IMG/VR virus record: IMGVR_UViG_3300047476_000792
Coordinates: 1-64,000 of that record
Strand: one strand, 5' to 3'
Source: a virus
DNA length: 64,000 nt
Below the pieces are notes generated by a model. The model worked only from the letters and a program-made list of their open reading frames with translations, was not told the origin of the DNA and ran no database searches. A program made the translations under genes and the position numbers. This document shows, piece after piece, positions 56,933-64,000 of this stretch; the first letter of the stretch is position 1; the number at the start of each line of letters is the position of its first letter.

Positions 56933-59515
56933 ATGCTAAGAAATACTTTCTATGACAGAAGACGATCAGTTATTCATCACTGGTTATATGACGAAACCGG
57001 AGAACCTGTATATCGTAAAGAACAATTTAAACCATTTTTATATATTCCATCGGTTGATCCTAAAAAGATCGATGCCTATGGTATTGATGACAAGCCGTTG
57101 ACTAGAAGAGAATTCATCTCTGAATGGGAACGTAATGATTTCCTCAAAACCTATAAAGGTGTTCCGTATTTTAATCTCCCTCCAACACAACAATATCTTT
57201 TAGAAAAATATTATACAAAAGATATTCAGGAATTAACCAGTCAACCTCTAAGAACCTTCTTTTTTGACATCGAGGTTATTGCTGATGAATTTCCCGATCC
57301 GAAAGATGCCAAGTTCCCATTAACATCTATTACAATATATGATACTAAAACCAAAAAGTATTATGTATGGGGAACTAAGCGATATGATCATTATTCATGT
57401 AAAGATCACCTAGAAGGAATAGAACCCGAAGAAATCGTATATACATATTGTATTTCAGAAACCGATCTATTAAAGAAACTTATTAAATTTTGGAGAGCAA
57501 ATTTTCCAGATTTAATAGTTGGGTACAATTCTTATAGTTTCGATATTCCTTACATCATTCATAGAATAGACCAAGTTTTTGAACCAGGAAAAGGTTCGGT
57601 ATTATCGCCCGTGGATTATTTGTATGGTCAAGAGAAAGAGAATAAATTCTCGCAAGTTTATACAGAATATACCATAGGCGGAATTTCTCACCTTGATTAT
57701 ATGGTTTTGTACAAAACATTTACTCCGGGTGAACGCGAAAGTGATTCTTTAGATTATGTTGCAAAAGAAGAAGATATTGGTGGTAAACTTGATTATGGTT
57801 CCATGTCTTTAAACGAATTATGTAACAAAGATTGGAATAAATTCATCAATTATAACATATGGGACGTAAAGATTCTTATGCTCATTGATGAAAAGAGGAA
57901 ATATCTTGATGTTGCACGATTCTCTGCATTCAGCGGATTCTGTAACGTTGATAAAGCACTAGGGAAGGTTGCTATTATCGGTGGTATTATTGCAAAGCAA
58001 GGTTTAATGAATAATCAAATCATAACCACCCAAAGTGGGGGTGAGCAACAGACTATTCCTGGTGGATATGTGAAAGATCCCGAGCCTGGAATGTATGAAA
58101 ATATTGTAGTTATGGATTTAAATTCACTTTATCCGAATACAATTATCACTCTTAATATTTCACCTGAAACAAAGGTAGGACGTGTTATAAAACAGGATGA
58201 TTCTATTGTTAAAGTTGATTTTGTAAAAGCTCGCAAAATTATAGATATACCAAAAGATAAGTTCTTACCTCTTATCGAAGAGAAGGGATGGGCATTATCT
58301 GCCGCTGGAATTCTATTCAGTCAGGATAAGAAAGGGTTATGTGCAGAATTCGCAGACGGTCTTTACCAGAAGCGCAAAAAGGTTAAAAAGGAAATGTTTA
58401 AATGGGAGAATAAATTATCTACTATAGAAAAGGGTAGCGATGAGTATAAATCCATAAAAAAATTGATTTCTCAATTAGATACTGAGCAGTATCTTTATAA
58501 GATTTTGTTAAATTCTACTTATGGTGTTCTTGCAAATCGATTCTTTCCTCTGTACGACCTAGATTGTGCAAAAAGTATCACGCTCACGGGTCAAGCCCTT
58601 ATTAAGCAATCTGATAAAATAGCCAACGAATATGTTCAGAAGGAGTGGAATTTAGAGAAGAAGGACCGTGTGATTGCCGAAGATACCGACTCTGCGATTA
58701 TTTGTATTGATGATATTTTGAAGTTATCAAACTCTACAATCGTCGATAGTAACGGAGATTTAACTCCTGAATTTATTGAAATTGAAAATAAAATAACTGA
58801 AAACCTCAATAAAGGTGTAGTAAAATGGGCAGAAGAAACCCTCAATACTAAGGATTGTAGATTTGAATTTAAACGCGAATCTGCATGTCCAAAAGCTATT
58901 TGGGTAGCTAAAAAGCATTATGTTATGGATATTCGTAATTCCGAAGGTGTGAAAATGAATAAATTCAAATATAAAGGGCTTTCTGTAGTTAAGTCGTCCT
59001 TTTCAGAAAAAACTCGTAATATCACCAAATCTATCGTGAAGGGTATTTTCGATGCACCTGATAAGAAGGTGGCAGATGACCATTTTTTCAAATCCTATGA
59101 TGACTTTTTTACTATGCCCCAGAATGATGTGTCAACCCGCTCATCTATTAAGGTTTTAGATAAATGGGAAGCATCTTCTAATGGTCTTGATACTGGCTCT
59201 GGTTGCCCACAACATGTTAAATTCTCTTTATATTACAATCATTTGGTGAAATTGCTAAATCTTGATAATAAATATCCTTTAATTGAAGGTGGTAAAAAAA
59301 TAAAATTAGCATATGTTAAACCTAATAAATATAATATTGCAGGAATTGCATATCTGGACGAGCTTCCCGAAGAATTTGAATTGGAAATTGACAGAGAGGC
59401 TATGTTTGATAAATGTGTGGTTAAATGTTTAGAACCTATATTTGATGCTCTTAAATGGAATGTACCAAACCCTAAAAAACAACTTGAGTATTCGTTGGAC
59501 GACCTTTTCGGTTGA
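56933..59515 (+). CDS. gp43: family B DNA polymerase, T4 gp43-like
   Basis: FFDIE, GYNSYSFD, YNIWDV, DLNSLYP, KILLNSTYG, DTDS, KKHY, C-terminal clamp-binding SLDDLFG. Confidence 0.97.
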   Translation: MLRNTFYDRRRSVIHHWLYDETGEPVYRKEQFKPFLYIPSVDPKKIDAYGIDDKPLTRREFISEWERNDFLKTYKGVPYFNLPPTQQYLLEKYYTKDIQELTSQPLRTFFFDIEVIADEFPDPKDAKFPLTSITIYDTKTKKYYVWGTKRYDHYSCKDHLEGIEPEEIVYTYCISETDLLKKLIKFWRANFPDLIVGYNSYSFDIPYIIHRIDQVFEPGKGSVLSPVDYLYGQEKENKFSQVYTEYTIGGISHLDYMVLYKTFTPGERESDSLDYVAKEEDIGGKLDYGSMSLNELCNKDWNKFINYNIWDVKILMLIDEKRKYLDVARFSAFSGFCNVDKALGKVAIIGGIIAKQGLMNNQIITTQSGGEQQTIPGGYVKDPEPGMYENIVVMDLNSLYPNTIITLNISPETKVGRVIKQDDSIVKVDFVKARKIIDIPKDKFLPLIEEKGWALSAAGILFSQDKKGLCAEFADGLYQKRKKVKKEMFKWENKLSTIEKGSDEYKSIKKLISQLDTEQYLYKILLNSTYGVLANRFFPLYDLDCAKSITLTGQALIKQSDKIANEYVQKEWNLEKKDRVIAEDTDSAIICIDDILKLSNSTIVDSNGDLTPEFIEIENKITENLNKGVVKWAEETLNTKDCRFEFKRESACPKAIWVAKKHYVMDIRNSEGVKMNKFKYKGLSVVKSSFSEKTRNITKSIVKGIFDAPDKKVADDHFFKSYDDFFTMPQNDVSTRSSIKVLDKWEASSNGLDTGSGCPQHVKFSLYYNHLVKLLNLDNKYPLIEGGKKIKLAYVKPNKYNIAGIAYLDELPEEFELEIDREAMFDKCVVKCLEPIFDALKWNVPNPKKQLEYSLDDLFG

Positions 59516-59800
59516 ATTTAAACGTAGATGGAATATAATTTTTGAAGAACGATCTATAGAAGATATTCGAAATGATTATTTAAGAGGGTTGTGGATTTCC
59601 AAAGAAGAACTTATGAGATTGAAAGAATGGGAAACGCAAGAGTTTATAAAAGAATATCAACTCTTGCGTGGACAATATCTCGATCTTTTATCAGGATTCA
59701 ATATGAATGCACTTTCAAATTATCATTTATTAGAAAGAAAAAATCAGGGAAAAATGTAAAATTTTGTTGATTTTTATACAGTCTTTCCATTAATATTAAT

Positions 59801-60178
59801 ATGGAAGAAAAAATCATAGGAATTCTCAAGAGTGTTAGCGAACTATTTGTTGCTACTCTCGTAAACGAAACAGAAACAGAAATTACAGTAAAAGATGCTG
59901 CATTTTTGGGTATAAGTGGACAAAACGGGCAAGTTAATATTAACTTTATCCCCATTGAAATGCTAAGTCTCAATCCACCAGTCAACATCCGCAATTTACT
60001 TGCAGATCCGACCCAAGACCTAACATGGACTTTTGATAAAAAATCATTACTTAAATATGATTTAGTGTTATCCGATAACGTTCTCACTAATTATAAGCAA
60101 TTGGTTAATAGATCGCCTATTATCACTCCTGATAAAAGTATAGTACGTCCTGATGATAATATCGTAAAACTATTTTAA
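59801..60178 (+). CDS. hypothetical protein
   Basis: 125-aa ORF ending NIVKLF. Confidence 0.7.
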   Translation: MEEKIIGILKSVSELFVATLVNETETEITVKDAAFLGISGQNGQVNINFIPIEMLSLNPPVNIRNLLADPTQDLTWTFDKKSLLKYDLVLSDNVLTNYKQLVNRSPIITPDKSIVRPDDNIVKLF

Positions 60179-60182
60179 TAAT

Positions 60183-60434
60183 ATGGAACATAATACACAA
60201 CTAGAAATACTATCTGATATTGAAAAAGAGAGTGTTGAGCTATTTAAATCATACCTCAAAGACCTTCTAAAGTTCAGAACAAAAGGAACAGCATCCGCTG
60301 CTGCCCGAGCACGCAAAAAACTTTCAGAATTATCTCATCTTGCAAAACCTGTAAGAAAAGGAATTCAGAAAGATAAGGTAGCAAAGGTCGCCGAACGCAG
60401 AGCAGCAAAACAGGTAAAAATTACATCTTTATAA
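60183..60434 (+). CDS. histone H1-like (Hc1-type) basic protein
   Basis: KGTASAAARARKKLSEL..K..RK pattern. Confidence 0.6.
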   Translation: MEHNTQLEILSDIEKESVELFKSYLKDLLKFRTKGTASAAARARKKLSELSHLAKPVRKGIQKDKVAKVAERRAAKQVKITSL

Positions 60435-60436
60435 TT

Positions 60437-60655
60437 ATGCAACACATGCCTCCACATCAACAGAGAGTTATCAACGAGCTTTTCGAGCTAGAAGAAAAGC
60501 TCAATAACCTCCGCACCTTTATACAAAGTAACCCCATATTTAACACATTGGATGCAACAGAGCAAGGACGTTTAATACAGCAATCAGAGGTAATGGCAAA
60601 ATATTCTCAAATTCTGGACGAGCGTATCAATGCCTTTGTAGCAGATATAATCTAA
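60437..60655 (+). CDS. small helical phage protein (crAss001_48-like)
   Basis: HQQRVINE..EL.EKL..L..FI...Q..VM.KY..IL.ERI. Confidence 0.7.
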   Translation: MQHMPPHQQRVINELFELEEKLNNLRTFIQSNPIFNTLDATEQGRLIQQSEVMAKYSQILDERINAFVADII

Positions 60656-60674
60656 TATTAGTATACCTGCACGG

Positions 60675-60708
60675 AAAATGCGAAAGATTGATTTCTTTCG
60701 CATTTTTT
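60675..60708 (+). terminator. intrinsic terminator
   Basis: AAAATGCGAAAGA-6 nt loop-TCTTTCGCATTTTTT. Confidence 0.85.
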
Positions 60709-60709
60709 A

Positions 60710-60746
60710 TTGAATTGAATGTTCCTATAAGGTATAATATAGGAAC
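60710..60746 (+). promoter_or_regulatory. uvsX promoter overlapped by a 9-bp inverted repeat
   Basis: TTGAAT-17-TATAAT; GTTCCTATA(60721-29)/TATAGGAAC(60738-46). Confidence 0.65.
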
Positions 60747-60748
60747 TT

Positions 60749-61822
60749 ATGGCTGATATTAAAAACGCATTACTTGCGAAATTCAAACAGAACTCAACTA
60801 TTAAAGAATCATCAATTCTTTCAAATTCTAAATTTTTCAAAGAGAAAAAGTATATCGATACCGGAATCCCCGCACTAAATGTTGCGCTATCTGGCAGATT
60901 AGATGGTGGTATGAGTTCAGGGCTTACTATGTGGGCAGCACCTTCTCGACACTTTAAAACGGCATTTACCCTAGTTATGACTAGGGCATACTTGGATCAC
61001 TTTAAAGATTCTATTTCTCTGTTCTATGATTCAGAATTTGGAACACCTGAATCTTATTTTGATGCATTTGGCATTGATAAAGAACGTGTGTTACATACCC
61101 CGATCACTAATATCGAAGAATTAAAATTTGATATTATGAAACAATTGGAGGCTATTCAACGTGGTGAGAAGGTTATTGGTGTTATCGACTCTGTTGGAAA
61201 TCTTGCAAGTAAAAAAGAAGTAGAAGATGCCCTAGAAGGGAACTCTGCTGCGGACATGACCCGTGCAAAACAATTAAAATCTCTCTGGAGAATGGTAACT
61301 CCACATCTAACTCTTAAAGATATTCCACTGATAGTTGTAAATCATGTTTATGATGAACAAAAACTTCACGGAAGACAAATCATGGGTGGTGGACAAGGTG
61401 GTATGTTATCATCTGATAACGTGTTCTTCGTTTCTCGTTCACAAGAAAAGGATGGTGATGAATTGATTGGTTACAACTTCAACATCATAGTCGAAAAAAG
61501 CCGATCTGTCAAGGAAAGATCACGAATTCCTATTACTGTCACCTTTGATGGTGGTATTAGTAAATGGAGCGGTTTACTAGATATGGCATTAGAGTCTAAG
61601 CACGTCGTTAAACCAAAAATGGGATGGTATAGTCGTGTTATAAATGGTGTCACCGAAGAAAAGCTCTATCGTATGAAAAATACTTTTTCAGAAGAATTTT
61701 GGGGAGATATTCTGAAAGAAGAATCATTCAAGGAATGGGTAAAAGATACCTATTCTATTAGTCAGGTTGATATGTTATCCGTGGACCGTGATACAGACGA
61801 GGAGGAAGAAACAGAAGATTAA
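60749..61822 (+). CDS. uvsX: RecA-like recombinase UvsX
   Basis: LNVALSG, APSRHFKT, FYDSEFG, IDSVGNLAS, DMTRAK, VNHVY, GGQG. Confidence 0.95.
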   Translation: MADIKNALLAKFKQNSTIKESSILSNSKFFKEKKYIDTGIPALNVALSGRLDGGMSSGLTMWAAPSRHFKTAFTLVMTRAYLDHFKDSISLFYDSEFGTPESYFDAFGIDKERVLHTPITNIEELKFDIMKQLEAIQRGEKVIGVIDSVGNLASKKEVEDALEGNSAADMTRAKQLKSLWRMVTPHLTLKDIPLIVVNHVYDEQKLHGRQIMGGGQGGMLSSDNVFFVSRSQEKDGDELIGYNFNIIVEKSRSVKERSRIPITVTFDGGISKWSGLLDMALESKHVVKPKMGWYSRVINGVTEEKLYRMKNTFSEEFWGDILKEESFKEWVKDTYSISQVDMLSVDRDTDEEEETED

Positions 61823-61823
61823 T

Positions 61824-62255
61824 ATGAGTAAATTATTAGAAGAAAATCCGATATTAGAATTATTGTCAAAATACCCTTGGTTAGGAGAAATCCAGCACAA
61901 TATAAGTGATTTCAATGCCCATCTCGAAGGTCTGAATAAGAAATTCAATCAACAATTATATAAACAAATGATATGCTCTGGAGTGTTTTTCAAACTAGAT
62001 ATATTAGATAAATATAAAGATAAGTTTCTGAAAGCGATTCCATTTTCCATAGGTGGAAATGTTGCACAAAATTATATATTTCAGATTGAAAATAATCTTA
62101 TTGTATGTTTTATGATGGGAAAATTGAATGATATTGGTCTAGCAGTAGTTCCAGATTTCCACTCAACGTGTATGTCGATTCCATACAACTTTATCCTTGA
62201 CAATACAGAGTTTATAGTCGAACCTAATAAGAAGCCACTAGGCTTTGGAGGATAA
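61824..62255 (+). CDS. hypothetical protein, C-term KPLGFGG
   Basis: Start moved to ATG 61824. Confidence 0.65.
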   Translation: MSKLLEENPILELLSKYPWLGEIQHNISDFNAHLEGLNKKFNQQLYKQMICSGVFFKLDILDKYKDKFLKAIPFSIGGNVAQNYIFQIENNLIVCFMMGKLNDIGLAVVPDFHSTCMSIPYNFILDNTEFIVEPNKKPLGFGG

Positions 62256-62259
62256 AAAT

Positions 62260-62448
62260 ATGAATAAACATGAATTAGAAATTATAGTTGATGAATGGAG
62301 TAATGTTGCAAAAGGATCGAAAACAGTACCATTGGTTTCTTTAGGGACTAATGATAATGCCATTAAACAAGAACGTAAAGTTTTTGAATATTGTGCAAAG
62401 GTTCTTAAAGGTATCATAAATAAAAAAGATGATACGAGCAACAGTTAA
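62260..62448 (+). CDS. hypothetical protein
   Basis: Start moved to ATG 62260. Confidence 0.5.
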   Translation: MNKHELEIIVDEWSNVAKGSKTVPLVSLGTNDNAIKQERKVFEYCAKVLKGIINKKDDTSNS

Positions 62449-62734
62449 GACTGTCGGTGCATTAGTGAATCGTCCTCGAATATCTTTTATAGATGTCGAG
62501 GACGAATCGCATATTGCAATACGACGAAAAAATGAAGATACTAATAAGGTCGAACAATTCACTATTTCTGAATTGTTCGATGTTTATAGTAAAAATTCTT
62601 CTTATGAACAGCGCATGGGAGATAATGAAAATCCTATAACTACTGATCTATGGGAGACATGGTTTATGAACAAATATATACGAGGAACGGGAATAGAAAC
62701 TCGATTAATTTCAATAAGTTATGAGCGTATTTAA
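62429..62734 (+). CDS. hypothetical protein
   Basis: ORF in operon. Confidence 0.6.
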   Translation: MIRATVKTVGALVNRPRISFIDVEDESHIAIRRKNEDTNKVEQFTISELFDVYSKNSSYEQRMGDNENPITTDLWETWFMNKYIRGTGIETRLISISYERI

Positions 62735-63185
62735 CGAAAATAGATCGAAATGTAGATATTGTGATAAGATTAAAATCAGGCACCATGAGCGCAGACTAGA
62801 CCAACACGACAGACAGCCATCGAATGGTTGCCTGCATTTTTCTTGTTCGGCTGTTGAGGAACTTCGAGAGGGGTTTCGTCAATTGGAACTTCGAGCAAAA
62901 GAGCAAGGCGATGATCTCGCTGCCGTGGTAGCCTCGTCACATCATAGGCTTGCAGACAAACTAGTCGTCCGATTGGGTGGCTTGTCGGTGCGTCAGCCGA
63001 ACTATGTAAATCATTGGGATTGGGCTGATAATGAATTACATGATTCAGGAAAGTGTGTTTTGGAGATGGCAGAACTTCTTGAGAGATATAACTCTTATAT
63101 TGAGTGGCTGAACAACTACGAGAAAACAACCAACGGTATTTATGACTATCTTCTTGATTTAGACCACACCCTAGCCGACATTTAA
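62721..63185 (+). CDS. hypothetical protein with GC-richer central segment
   Basis: CRYC..C..C; ORF fills the gap before the helicase. Confidence 0.55.
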   Translation: MSVFNENRSKCRYCDKIKIRHHERRLDQHDRQPSNGCLHFSCSAVEELREGFRQLELRAKEQGDDLAAVVASSHHRLADKLVVRLGGLSVRQPNYVNHWDWADNELHDSGKCVLEMAELLERYNSYIEWLNNYEKTTNGIYDYLLDLDHTLADI

Positions 63186-63187
63186 AG

Positions 63188-64000
63188 ATGGCAAAACTAG
63201 ACCTAGACCTGTTCGAAAAAATTATAATTCAACAATGCCTTAAAAAAGATTCCAATTATGTAGCGAATATTATAGATTATTTAGATAAAGACCTCTTCAA
63301 GAACAATGATATTGCAAATATTATCAATATTATAAAAGATTTCTATATAGAACGATCATCAATTCCCACATTAACAGAACTTGCAGCAAGAATCACAACA
63401 AGCTCTCTTAAAGAATCCTTACAGACTGTCGTAGGCTTTATTAAGAAATTGGATAGTGAATATAACGAAGATGAATTAATCGCGAATACTGAAACATTTA
63501 TCAAACAGAGAAAGTTTGGTAAGCTTATGGAAACTACTATTGATAAGAAAGTTTCTGAGAAGGAGTACTCTATTGAAGAGTTTCAGGCGGAATCGGAAAA
63601 AATTCATTCTATATGTTTGATCGATGACTTAGGATTAGATTATTTCGAAGATCAACATAGAATTAAAGAATACCTCCAGAAGAAAGATAACTTATTATCT
63701 ACTGGATATAAAGGATTGGATGAAGCCTTTGGTGGAGGATTCCAAGCAGAAGGAAAGGCTATTTATGATATTGGAGGAGAAACCAATGTAGGAAAATCCA
63801 TTTTCCTTGCTAACATTGTGGTCAATGTTCTTATGCAGAATAAGAAAGTTGTCATTATATCTCCTGAGATGTCGGAAATGCGATATGCAAAGCGTATTTC
63901 TGGTATTTTAACAGGAATTGCTATCAACACACTCGCAGATAATATAGAAAATTTTGATGAAAAGGTCGATGAATTTGTAAAAAAATATGAATCTCGTCTT
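63188..64000 (+). CDS. gp41: replicative helicase, T4 gp41-like (runs off the right edge; not in ORF track)
   Basis: MAKLDLDLFEKII...IPTLTEL...STGYKGLDEAFGGG...GGETNVGKS...SPEMSE; follows uvsX as in T4. Confidence 0.9.
   Translation, partial: MAKLDLDLFEKIIIQQCLKKDSNYVANIIDYLDKDLFKNNDIANIINIIKDFYIERSSIPTLTELAARITTSSLKESLQTVVGFIKKLDSEYNEDELIANTETFIKQRKFGKLMETTIDKKVSEKEYSIEEFQAESEKIHSICLIDDLGLDYFEDQHRIKEYLQKKDNLLSTGYKGLDEAFGGGFQAEGKAIYDIGGETNVGKSIFLANIVVNVLMQNKKVVIISPEMSEMRYAKRISGILTGIAINTLADNIENFDEKVDEFVKKYESRL

Noticed and set aside
59442-59759. ORF after the polymerase
   Set aside because: Probably some coding content, but no credible start outside the gp43 overlap, so boundaries cannot be supported
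551-63129. The many 60-160 aa antisense or out-of-frame ORFs in the track (e.g. 11621-12097, 21456-21863, 51511-51867)
   Set aside because: Shadows of well-supported genes, with no motifs or promoters
1-64000. Alternative genetic code (TAG or TGA recoding) as in some large phages
   Set aside because: Core genes are full length under the standard code, and TAA, TAG and TGA all end genes at sensible boundaries
1-64000. CRISPR array, tRNA or rRNA genes
   Set aside because: No repeat-spacer pattern or cloverleaf/T-loop signature noticed, and almost no intergenic space is available; no scan was run

Overview
AT-rich, gene-dense segment of a large T4-like (myovirus-type) dsDNA bacteriophage genome using the standard genetic code. 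Core T4-type genes are recognisable: dda, uvsY, uvsW, late sigma gp55, gp47, gp46, DNA polymerase gp43, uvsX and a truncated gp41 helicase. Between them are accessory blocks: (i) an RNA-repair/ADP-ribose block (ATP-grasp, NADAR, SLOG, HNH-RNA ligase fusion, P-loop kinase); (ii) minus-strand genes with TAAATA late-type promoters whose products share a T4-internal-protein-like N-terminal peptide, including an Acb1-like 2H phosphoesterase, two ADP-ribosyltransferase-fold proteins and a lysozyme; (iii) a rhamnose nucleotide-sugar pathway; (iv) a ~15 kb island splitting gp47 from gp46 with CoaB/CoaC, glycosyltransferases, a radical SAM enzyme and an epimerase; (v) two free-standing LAGLIDADG endonucleases. 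The most striking unexplained element is a ~260-nt non-coding region (about 20547-20805). It has its own sigma70-type promoter, folds by hand into a pseudoknot plus a four-way junction, and lies directly upstream of RNase HI. Other highlights: a nested in-frame gene with its own TATAAATA promoter, a small protein ending in a major-capsid 'Gol-like' peptide, three adjacent genes sharing a C-terminal IE(N/S)IKF tag, and near-leaderless promoter architecture throughout. All calls come from motif reading and recall of protein families; no searches or folding programs were run.
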